A stretch of DNA of 64,000 bases from Phoronis australis (Eukaryota > Animalia > Phoronida): contig NMRA01000041.1 of the NCBI GenBank assembly GCA_002633005.1, positions 811,294 through 875,293 on the forward strand, given 5' to 3'. Below, one piece after another: positions 49,194 to 61,200 of the stretch; the first letter of the stretch is position 1, and each line of letters begins with the position of its first letter. The position numbers and the translations under genes are program-made. The notes below the pieces were generated by a model, which was given only the letters and a program-made list of their open reading frames with translations, made no database searches and was not told the origin of the DNA.

Positions 49194-50090
49194 CTATGCA
49201 ATTGAGTAATTTTTTTAATGTTACGTAAACACCTGATTTTATGGCCTAAACTTTCATTTAGGTCAAATGTAACTTCTTCCCGTAATATACTGTAACACCA
49301 AAAAATGTCTTGTTGAGAGACTCTTGATAGGTTGTCGAAAGTGGTTCCACGACTAGAGCTGAAAAGATTCCAGAGGCCAAACTACTCCCCGCATCCACCT
49401 AGGGCCACAGGTCGTCGCTTATAAAGAATGGCCAGTGTAATTGTCGGATTTGTTTGACTAATTTTACCGAAAAAAATCGCTGATTTTATGGAACCGTACC
49501 TCAAGAGTCTCGCTTGCTGAACAATAACAACAACATGAAAATGAATAAAATTAGGCTTGATTTGGTAACTACAACTCTCGATCAAAACTCAATCGAGCAG
49601 GCAGCCGGAAATTCTCAGTGCAAAGTCTCGCGGCTAGTTTCGGTGCTGCAAGTCCCTCTCGAGGTCGCACGTGCGGATGTTGGCATTCCAGGGCTGGAGT
49701 TCTGCGATAGGTTGAATTCGAAAAATTCTGTAAGAAAATACTTTTATTACCTGCACAGCTGCCGGTGTAATTCCCCGTTTGCTCGAAATATTTCCAATCT
49801 TCAACATATTCAAATTCACTCGCCTTGTCATCGTTAAGACAAACTTTCTGGCACACATTAAATCTCTCAGAGAAGCCAAAGGTGTCACACATCTCGTCTC
49901 GGTGGCAATCAAGGGCGCAAGCTCGCACTGACGAATTGGCGATGATGGTCGCAAATTGATTCGTAATTCTCCTGTTTTTAGTCATTTCATAATTGAATCC
50001 GCAAGTTTGTGAGCTCTTCACGGTCTGTGTCATTAGAACTGAGATCAGGAAGGCGGCCCTAATTTTGACCGACGGAGCAGTGAGAAACAT
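47883..50090 (-). CDS. Secreted PAN/apple-like + WSC domain protein, paralog C (exons 50090-49751, 48173-47883); +1 frameshift in a G homopolymer near the 3' end
   Basis: Exon 1 is 340 nt and collinear with A. Exon 2 reads DIGCYTD...RDL...YAGVQNAIECWCG...CWGNRNETCGG. The 8-C run at 47930-47937 is one base longer than the paralog frame requires. Removing one base gives ...CGGALRNYIMRASPWDID* (stop 47883-47885), matching A (RNYIMIVSPWKSD*). As written it reads GAPKLYHESFAMGY* (stop at 47887). Confidence 0.8.
48502..49706. mobile_element. Non-autonomous TIR DNA transposon (~1.2 kb, 7-bp TSD, possibly P-superfamily) in the intron of paralog C
   Basis: TIRs are CACAGAACTCTAGCCCTGGAATCCCAAC and GTTGGCATTCCAGGGCTGGAGTTCTGCG. 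Flanks are AAAGGTT (48495-48501) and ATAGGTT (49707-49713). The paralog A intron shows the empty site GCAATTGAAAGGTTGAATTCG. Confidence 0.82.
49143..49188. repeat. (CA)n microsatellite preceded by (CG)n
   Basis: Direct reading. Confidence 0.95.
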
Positions 50091-53000
50091 TGTGTTTTAC
50101 CAGTTTCGCGTTACTCATCTGACAAACTACATTCAATGACCGTAGAAATATATATGCACGGTGAATTTACCAATGAAGCAAAGCAGACCCACATTCCAAT
50201 AAAAACTTTGATAACTTTTACTGAACTCATCAAATTACTTTTGTAGTCGCCCAACAAAAGAAGTTTTCAATAAGCACTTAGAGGAACAAATCGATGATAC
50301 AGCACCAAACGCCCTAATATATGTACACCGAGCGCTAATATACACCGAATGCCCTACGTATCCGAACCTTGACGGACACACGTATATTTTTCCACATCAT
50401 CGCAAAACGGAGAACCAAACCCTGGCCTGGTACACAACAAATCGAGGTATGTATTTTAACTGTTAAAATTACCATGTCATCACTCTTATTCTTTCGCTAT
50501 TCATTGTACATGTAAAGGAAATAAAAAATATTTTTAAATATTTTTAACATTTAAAAATGTTCTTGTAGCGTGAGAATATAATAACAATTATATCAGTAAT
50601 AAACGATTACTCTCGTGGCCTTTTAATAATTGTTTTGAATATGAAGATGTATGATTGGTTCCAACAATTCAATCGAGCTCGTATTTCCAGCCAATCAGGA
50701 GGCAGGAAAATGTAAACCTCCGCCTTGTTCCACAAATGCTTGTTGCTAACGAAAGCCGAAATATAGTTTTTCAATCAACTTTGGACACAGATCAACGATT
50801 TACGAAGAATGAGCTAAGGATAAGTGCTTGCGGGATAGAAAAGCATATGGAGGAAACGTGTGCCAAATAAGATCAACTTTGTAACGATTAGCCAATAGCA
50901 ACTGTACTTTTTTCTGTTGCGGATTAGGTTAACAATAAATCTGTGGAACACGAGTAGGTGCCCTACGGAAACGGGAACACGTTGACAGACCCAGACTCGT
51001 GTCTTCTTGTCCTAACACCAAGTCATTAGTGGTATCCATATCAATTTACGTTGTCAAATCGCTTGAAGACACTTTTTCACGTCCCGTCATTTGCGCTAAG
51101 CCACAAGTTATCAGAAGACCTTGGAGCGGTAATTGTGGTTGGTGTAACCACACCGAGCTGGTCGGAAGTAACAATTCAATCGATGTAATCAAACACTGAT
51201 AACACTGACTAGTAATATTATTACAGATATCCAATGTATTACAAGAGCAAACAAAATAATGCTATCTCAATGAAATATCGTACAAATGTCAATTAATTTC
51301 AAAAAATATTTGATTGGTTAGAAACTGACTCTTCGCGTGCTTTCAGACGGCCAGATATTTGCAACTTAGGGCTTAGATAAAACAGATTTGAGAGGGTTTA
51401 GCAGGAGAAAAATACCGCTGATGAATTGCATGCGCAGTCGTCAAAAGGCACACGGCAGAAGAGAACTATAACAATTTTATTCACTGCTTCTAGCAAACAC
51501 AAAACCAAAGCGAATGAATACTCGCCACATACATGTAAATCTCTCCTCTTTAATGAGCCCGTCACACCAAACCCGTTCTCACAACGCCCAAGCCCTTGCC
51601 TAACACTTTGACGAAATAAGCCGCAAACGAACCCCAACTCAGGCAAAAATTGTTCATGGGTTTCCAGTGTTTATTCGGTCCCACTTAGTTCTAACCGTTT
51701 GTTTCAAATTCTGTAGAACGTAGTGAAAATTACGTTGGTGTTTCAGGGCAATTTGCGATTCCTGCCAAAACCACATTTTTTTTTCACTGTGATATATATT
51801 TATTGAAGGATACACAGAACATACAAAGAAATAATAACAAACCCAGAAACCGCGAAGCATTATATCTGGGTTGTAAACAATTCATAAATGAAACTTATAT
51901 ACATAGAGATATATACAATTAAGTAGTATCTAAAATAAGTATTCCAATACTTAGACATGCTATTACAGANTTGTAAATTTTGAACCAGTCCACGCGCATT
52001 CTAACTTTAACATCAGAATAAAAGTGCACGAAACAAAAATTCAAAAGATAAGCCGAATATACAAAACGGGAAACATATTATCCAGTAATGCCGAAGGTCC
52101 TACCTCAGAGTGATTGTTTTGCACAAAAATGTAATGTTTTTGAACACATTTATTATGGAGATGCTAACACAAATGCAATTGTCCTGAGCAGTTACTGTGC
52201 CTGCTAAACACGGAGATAATAAGTCGGCGGAACAGACTGACATGCTTTCAGAAATGCTTGTGTGGTGTTTTACGTTAACACACTATCTTGTGAGTCAAGC
52301 AAGTGGTCTTTTATCGCTTGTGAAATTTTTTGCTTCTGCATCCATTTTCTCTTAAGTGAAACCATTTGAAAACCCAGAAAAAAATGTTTATGTGTTTCGT
52401 TACATTGTGTAAACTTTTACACAAGTACTACAGAATTTACGAAAAACAAGTTGAAAAGGTATTCATCGTGGGCACACTTAGGCATAGATATAGACACACA
52501 TTGGCTATCACGTGACTTTGTATGTGTATAGCGGGGCACTGGTGCGTCGTAAAATGTAACAAAAAACTTGTCACCTGATCCTGGAAACTCCTTTCTCCTG
52601 GAGTTGAAACTGTACGGGGTTCATTTTTGACTATACAAAGAAACTACCCATGTTAAACAAACAATGGAAAGCACATAGGGACACATCTATGAAATCGAGC
52701 TGGCCCATTTGATAGAATTTCATTCAAACAATCCGAGAAATACCTTGCAAACTCATGAAACATGACGTTGGTTTCGTAAAATGTAACAATGGTACATTTC
52801 ACGCATGTGCATTCCACGTAAATTGTAACAATTACATAAAATATACCAACTTTTTACATTTTAGGAGAGACCTAGCTACGTAAAATGTAACAATGACGCA
52901 AAATATAACAGTTGTTACAATTTACGAAATTGTTACATTTTACGGCGTATCAGGGCACTCATTTTGTTGTGTGAAACCGAGTGTCATGGTCCATGCAAGC

Positions 53001-54891
53001 TGCCAGGCTAAAAGGCTCTCTAACTTTGCAACCATTGGGCCGATTTTGACGAAATACGCACCGTATTTTTAACACTCTCTTCAGTGACATCACTTTCGAA
53101 ATATTTTGAAATTAAAATGAAAATCCTATGAAGTCCGTAATTTAAGAAACCTGCTACTAATTCTCAGCGTACTTTTTGTTTCTAGTTGTCAGTATTTTGA
53201 ATTTAATATAACAAGGTCTCTCATCTGTCTACGGCCACGCTGGTTTCTTTACAGTTAGAACTAAATATGACACCTCGTGAGCCGCGTCTTAGGTGCTTTC
53301 ACGGCTATTTATTATAGAATGTCGACCTCTCTCTTTATTTCTTCGCACTTAAGCTATGGCTGTAAATTCAAATACATTAAGGTAGCCGTATTGTGAAGTA
53401 ATCACAAAGTGACCACATCATGTTTAGTACAAAGTACTACCGTAGGGGTCGTAACACACATGCAGCGACGCAACAGAAAATTTATTGCGAGAACACAAAA
53501 AATCGATGATAACTTTGATCCTGAATTGATTCCGGAAATAACAATTAGTTTTCATTTGTGACAATTTCGCGTAGCAGTCTTTACGACTAATACCACGCTA
53601 CCAGTGACTATTCTGACATTATCACTGGCCTGGGTCAATCAAAGCCCTTGTTTGCACAGCTGTCTCGGACACTTGAAAAAAGGCATAAACGACAGAAAGT
53701 ACACTCTATAGAGTTTCTCAAAAACGAAGAAAATCAACAAAGCCATGTCTTTTTCCTTGCTACATCCACCGTGAAAAAAAAATTCAATATGCCAAAAGTG
53801 CGAGTTTTGCCTTATATTTTTCCTAAAATCACAAATTCACAACTGCCTTGGTACAAGAAACGAGACCACCATGCGAATGCTCTTTCACTCTAGATTCCAG
53901 AAGTTTATGAGGTTAAAATATGTCAGAACAATTTCCATTTGTCTGAGGAGTACCTGGATTCGCCACAAGAATTCAAGGCTCTCAAAACGGTGGCACTTCT
54001 GTATCCTTGTACAGGTCAAATTTCTGAACTCAATTCACTCAAAACAACTTCAAGGAACTACTGAATACCATTTGTGACAAACGCTTCCCATTTAGTCCAC
54101 AAAACTACCGTCAAATCCGACCACCCTATTTTATTCATTTTGGGGGCACTACAATTAAGGGCCTGTACCGGCCGTGGTCATAGACCTTATTGATGCCGGG
54201 TTAAAAATACAATCCAGTTTCTGATTCATCAGTTGCCGGGGATCGGGTACGCGGGTTTTCAAGTATCTGGCAGGCTAGCTAATCACTTCAACGCAGGATC
54301 ATGATAGTTTTTAATTAATAAAACGCCGGATCTCTACCTGAGACCGGGTACGCAGTACGTCTGTAAACGACGGCTTACTGCCGGTAAGAAGCTGCTTCCC
54401 GGTAAGTTTTGACCGGCAACGGCTGCACTCATCCTCATAACAATGGCTAAGTGCACCTGCTGGACTTATTTACCTAATTCCTAGACCTTAGGTACATACA
54501 TACATGGGCGGCGCAGCACTGAAAAAAGTGGGGGGCATAAGCCCCCAGTCTCCTAGGGTGCGCCGCCCATGACATACAGCTGCTGTGGAAATAATTTCAG
54601 CTGTGCGGTGTACAGCTATTTGCACGACAGGACACTGAGAAAAAATGATTTGACAGGCTACAAGCCCTAAAATCTTCTATCAGTGTGAATTTGACAACAA
54701 GGAAATAGGTCAAGTTTTTGATGTGCAAGTAGGAACAGAACGGGGGTTGTGCTTTTCTCTACAGGCCTTTATTATTGACTCTCAGATCATTTTTAAATAG
54801 CCGTACATTTATCATGCGGTGGGTTGAAGTAAGTAGGTTTAACCGCTCGTCCAACAACCATGGTGGTGTCTGTAGGCGAAAGGAGCCCTGT

Positions 54892-57800
54892 TCAAACTTT
54901 CTTAAATTTTGTTGTCGACGTAACGTTTTTCATCCTCGTAACCTGAAAGAAGTGCAAGTTTTTAGGCTAGCAAATATGGTACTGTGATTAGCCGCAGCAA
55001 GGAAAGTGTCATTCGTCGTTTACATACGTCAGAAGCTTCATCACACATTATCGAATGAAAAACTACACTTAGTCTAGCGGAAAATCACGTCGTCATAATG
55101 GCATCGGCCCAGAACGTCAATGATAACAGCAGCGCAGCATTGTACAAGAGATGTCGCGTCTATTGACGGATAATTCAATAAATAGTTAAGTATACTGTCC
55201 ATAAAGAAACTCTTTCCGATTCATTTCAGTTAAAAACTTCATAAAATGAATTTTAACGCAAGTAGGTTCCATCGAAACTTAATGTCAAATAGTGCTTATT
55301 CAACACAACTCCAAATATTTTCAAACTTAACTGAATTTGATATACATTTTTGATGGTGCATCACCACCTAAAATGGCCACCGTAGTGAGTGACAGCTGAC
55401 TCATGCATTATGGGTAAACAGCCAACAATCGCCATACGTAATGAGGCAGCAACCAGTCCACTTTTTAAAAATACTTGATACCACGCTGCATGAGATTTCC
55501 AAAAACCGACAATTTTGAAAACAATTGTCGTACCAATGGACGTTTCATATCAATTATTGCGCTCAAAATACTGTTCGCGGTTTTCATCTAAAAATTACAC
55601 ATGTGCCTTTACACGGCATCGAAAGGTAAGTAAATATACACCCTGGTGTAGCTTTAATTGCGTTTGACAAAAATGCATAACGTACGTAAGACCTCTCGGG
55701 TACAAATAACACTCGGGTGTAAATAACGCCATACAAACTGGGCTCACTTAGACTAATATTTGTTCACCTGGTAACCTATTGGTTTTATTCATTCACAGTC
55801 TAAACCTGTTACTAAATTATTACCGGTATGTGTATTGTTTGTAATTTCAACGTATAATAATGATAATTTAGGTTAAATATTTTATTCTCTATATAGGTAT
55901 CCACATGTACCTATAGCGCACCACCACCACCTAAAATGGCCGCCGTAGTGAGTGACAGCTGACTCGTGCATTATGGGTAATGACTCAATTGCCGTCATAT
56001 GAAATGAGGCAGAAATCCGCCCACATTTTAAAAAATTAAGAGAACAGAAAAACAGCTCAGTTACAAAATGGTTATATTTTATTGATATTCCATCGACTGA
56101 CAAAACTCATGGAGTGCTCTAAGCTGGAGAGTATGAAGGAAAAAGTACTTTTATACCCAATAACATGTGAGAGCCGAAACAATACTTTTCAAACGCAAAT
56201 CAAAATAACTCTTCTCGTCCAATGACCTGAACCTGCCACAATTATTGTGGGTAGCATTTTAAAATGCTATAACTGATGGAATACAGTTTTTCTGCTTACA
56301 GCACATAAAAAGATTACCAACACATCAGGCATAGACTGTTGGTCCCTGACCGTACAAGAATGAAAAAAGTCCGAACAATCCCAGTAACGTGGAAATAAAC
56401 GTATGGTTTGAATAAACATGCTTGCCGGTAGAACNAATCTGTATTAAATTCAGTTCATTATGAAAAAATTCGATGTCATGGCAAAGATTATTATTTGGGC
56501 TTAGGTTTCGAATAAAAGTGTTTGCGTAAAGATCCGTTTCATGAAGTTTTTAACAAAAATGAAGCGGAAATAGTGCCTTTAAAATGCTATAACTGATGGA
56601 ATACAGTTTTTCTGCTTACAGCACATAAAAAGATTACCAACACATCAGGCATAGACTGTTGGTCCCTGACCGTACAAGAATGAAAAAAGTCCGAACAATC
56701 CCAGTAACGTGGAAATAAACGTATGGTTTGAATAAACATGCTTGCCGGTAGAACAGTAGTCTTGGCACCAATTTTCTCGCCGATGGGATTTGAATCCAAG
56801 AAAGTTGACTAACAGCACCCCTTGCATGAGCTCTTCTAATCAAATTGGCGCTGGGTCCTTCTGAAGGCCAAAAATCATTAGTTTTGAACCGAAATAAAAC
56901 GATTTTGCGGCGGAATTAAAGATCGCAGACTTAGCTAATAAAACCTCTTGTTTGTTAATATCGTGGTGTAAAATCGCTCTAACATGCTTCATAATATGTG
57001 GAATGCAGTAACAATCGTTGCTTGCACTTGAGATGATATGTTTTCATGGAGCCTAGCTCGTCATCACCGTTATGAGCATGAAAATCAATGAGAACAATAA
57101 ATCTCGCTGCGTAATTTCGTTCGTGAGATCAATATACTGGGAGTAATGTTCTTTCCTCATCATTGAGAAATAAACCGACTTTGTAACAGCGTTCGGTCAG
57201 TCACCTGCTGTCTTTCTTGCACTACTGGTAACTCCACCTAGTGTCAGTTGCTTCACGCAAGTAGGCGCCCTTAAAGATGCTATGTCTCATTAAAACCGTG
57301 AGCATTTAAATTTATAGCAAGCGCCACCTAGTGACTTCTTGTGCACAAGTATAATCAGGAAAAGAAAAAAATTGGGCTTTTATAGAACACTTAGGAATAA
57401 GCGTAATCATACAAAAACCCTACTAATTCCAAATATTACGCAACCGTTATTTGATAGTGCCATAAAAATATAATGAAAACTGTGCCGTGTTTCATTAGGG
57501 TAACAACGAAATATTACCATACTCATTTACATAAAAATAGTCTCGCAAAATGAGACTTTCGCGAGATTGTAATAGTAACTGGTTCACAGGTGGTTTCCTG
57601 CCCCACCGGAAGACCCGGGGTTGTTTGTAAACTATCATTTCATATGCATATTCACAATTTGATGAGATGTAGCATCTTTAATACATAAGGAATTACCTCG
57701 GTGGTGTGATCGATCTATACACCCAGCATTAAATCTTATAAGTCTAGAGCAGTGCCCGTTTAATTTCACTTTATTGTTGATTTCACAGCTAATCTTACCA

Positions 57801-58222
57801 CTGTCATCTCTTCTCCGTTAACAGTCCGTTCCATGGTCATCTGGCGGTCACTTCCCACGAACTCATGGTCTTCGAGTAGTTTGTCGCCGTCGAAGGTGGC
57901 CGTTACCTGTGGCATTATCATTAGAATTACTTCAAATAACATCCCACTGACACCATCACCATCATAATCAACTTTATCGTCATCATCACTACCATCATCA
58001 CTACCACAATCGTCGCCACTGTCATAATAGCCATCATCGTCGCCATAGCCATTCTCGTCGTCATCATTATTTTAGTGTTTTCTTCATCGCCATCACCGTA
58101 AATACTTCTTGCCTTCTCTACTTGTCATCGCTGTCCCCAAATTTGTCATCACCACCATCGTCGTCGTCATCATCATCATCTTCATCATTATCGTCATCAT
58201 CATCATCGTCATCATCATCATC

Positions 58223-58254
<32 letters not shown>

Positions 58255-61200
58255 CCGTCCTCGTTTCCATTATTTCTGTGTTTTGTTGTAACATTTCCTT
58301 ATGACCGTAGCAAGGTGGAAAGATCAACGGGTATGTGCCACCAAAACCTTATGCAACATCAAGAGAGAAATTTACACTGAAGACGGGCGAGTGTTGTGAC
58401 AAGTAGATTAAATACAAATTTTCAGGAAGAAGACTCATTTCTTTGTATGACCAACTGTTGATTTTTAGGACAACAAAATTTTCGAGTAGTGAATGGAGCA
58501 CCAGGGCCTGGTGAAAGCAACTGGCATCCTGTCCGACACCGAAAGCCGTGTCAAGCACAGACAGATTTTGGCGAAGCTGGATGTGTTGGTGTTCCTCAAT
58601 AATATTTACCTTCACGTGGACCTGTTCACATCGTATGTAGACTGAAATACACGCATTTAGGCAAATAAGGTTTTAATCTTACCAACTCTAGGTACACTTG
58701 ATACAATTCTCGATGACGACTTGGCTTACAGGCCAATCAAGTGTCTTTGTAAGGTGACCAAACGGAAGCACCGAATTGAATCAAGTACAGCCATTGTCAC
58801 CACTATCTTCGTTGTTTCATCTGAATTCTCACGTCATGCATCGTAAACACCGTCATCTGAGCTGCTTTGTTGAAGTACAGGGTGTCTATTTTCGGAGATA
58901 TCGACACCGGACGCTAGTAAGGAATTTCCTAGCAATTCTCTCTTTAGGCACTATTTAGACAAATCCGACGCCTAATCGATCCTACGTCTGACTGTGATTG
59001 CTGAAGAAAATCTATTCGCTAATTTCTTTCATAATGCCTCGATTTTAAAAATTCAAAAAACGGGTAATATTTACATGTCAATTTTAGAAACAGTCATTTC
59101 GGTGTCTTGCCTTACTTATTGTTCGTTTTTTGACTTTGAAACTTTTACGCTAAACAGGCGTAATTATTGTTCTAAAACCACCTCGACCCCCAAACCCCAC
59201 GACTCACAACACCTGGACCCACGACCTGCGGCAACAGGTATTTTTGCGCTTTTTACGCATTTCATAATCTAATTACGTCGCTGAGTGACTTTACCATAAG
59301 ACTTGCCTACAAGACTGTTAAAACAAAAACTGACGTAAGAACATGATCTGAAATAGCGGGTTGTGAGTGTGCTATTGTTGTCACAGAAATAGTTCCACGA
59401 GCGGTTATCAATAACCCTGTTCTACTAAACTTAGGGACAACGTTAACGTGTATAAACATAATTTCACGTGTTTATCATTTGCTTTCTGTCGTATACTCGT
59501 TTACAATGTACCACAAGTAACTTTGAGATGCTTTTTAGTTAATAGCTTGTTTTTTGAAACTGTATTTAATGAAGAAAGTATACAGTATATAGGCCTATTC
59601 GTGGCCTTCTCGGACTCTCCCAATATAGCTTAAATCTGCCATTCGTTGGAGAGCAGACAAGACGATTTGTAACGTTGGTAGGTCATTGATTTGGTGAGGT
59701 TGTTTTGTTCAGTGTTTTTGGCTTTCAAACGTGCCGCATCGATTTTTCTCAATTGCAAAAAAAGGGAAAATCGAGTCGAGCTCAAGGCCAGACGTGTTGG
59801 TCCTGCAAGTCAGCGCTTGTTCTATGTTCAGATCGAGTCTAGGTTCTGTAAACTGTACTCTTTCGTGGCTCGAGGTAGGCAATGATCATCGCCTCTGTTG
59901 GTCCGAACCAGAGGCGATGCAGAGGCTATAGGCGCTCTGTACGCCGGAAGCTTTTCGGCGAATTATGCCTCGCACCGACTAAACCATTAAAGTCACGCTG
60001 TTATAAATACCTTTTGCGCATAGAGGAACACCTTAGGAGGTTGTCGATGTGTTTAATTCCTTCCAACTCGAACAAATACTCCCATTATCAAACATTTTCT
60101 TCGAGCAGTCCCTATTTCAGTTCCCAAAATCGTGAACTCACCATTTTTATACAGCGCACGCTCCATTTTTTACCGCGCTCGCTAGGTGATGTGACTTCAT
60201 GACCTCAATCTGTAAATAGGCCAAAGGTGCGCCATTGCGGTCTTGTCAGTCAAATGTTCGTTTCCAAAATGCCACCACTTATACTTGTCTTTAATTGGCG
60301 TTACTTGAAACTGATTGCATTTCAATGAATTATTGTTTGTATTTGACAAAAATAAAGGCTGTTGATATGACATTTAATAGTCTTTGTGCACATATTTGAC
60401 ATTTTAATGTTTAACAACACGGCAAATGCACGGCTGGTTCCCGGCAGCACGTACGCGAAGGGCAGGAACTTCAGCTTTCAAAGTTCGCCGGTAGGTCCGC
60501 AACTTCTGACCTTCGGCCTGGTTAAAAAAATGAAAATGTTGATTTCACGATTTTGGGAACTGAAATAGGGACTGCTCGAAGAAAAAGTTTCATAACGGGA
60601 GTATTTGTTCGAGTTGAAAGGAATTAAACACATCGACAACCTCCTAAGGTGTTCCTCTATGCGCAAAAGGTATTTATCACAACGTGACTTTGATGGTTTA
60701 GTCGGTGCGAGGCATAATTCGCTGAAAAGCTTCCGGCGTACAGAGCGCCTGTAGCCTTTGCGTCGCCTCTGGTTCGGGCCAACAGAGGCGATGGTCATTG
60801 CTTAGGCTCGAGGGCCGGGGTTATGGCGGGTCGTGAGTCGAAGGGGTCGTTGATCCAAGGGTGTCGTGGGGTATGGGGGTCGAGGGGGTTTTAGAACTAT
60901 CCTCAGGCAAGCCCATGAGTAGCGAGTAGCTCTCCTCAATCCATGATGGCGCTTTCAAGCCTTTGATGTGGCGAGGACTTCGTTGAATACTCCGGAGGTA
61001 AACTTATACGTGCCAGCCTTGTTAGCGTAAGATTTACCTAATCGTGAAAACATGCTATCCTATTTGATGGTATCCGGCGTCTGAGTAATCATTTCATTGC
61101 AAACAGTTACAAGATTGGCGCATAAAACTCAGTGGACTAATTGTGTTGCAATTCACAATTAATCTTTTGGAGATTGACAAACACTCTTACCTTAATAACT

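Noticed and set aside
51654-51770. Minus-strand exon-like segment with a good acceptor (ESQIALKHQRNF...NP*)
   Set aside because: No recognisable homology and no partner exons identified.
57198-57251. Minus-strand QLTLGGVTSSARKTAGD* as a candidate last exon of the second FABP
   Set aside because: The acceptor is weak (GAAG, no pyrimidine tract). The exon at 54942-54892 has a strong acceptor, an FKKV end and a downstream AATAAA. It cannot be fully excluded as an alternative exon.
58109-58327. Poly-Asp, poly-Ser and poly-Ile ORFs (possible acidic biomineralisation protein)
   Set aside because: These are translations of an intronic (CAT)n microsatellite, with no signal peptide or supporting splice structure.
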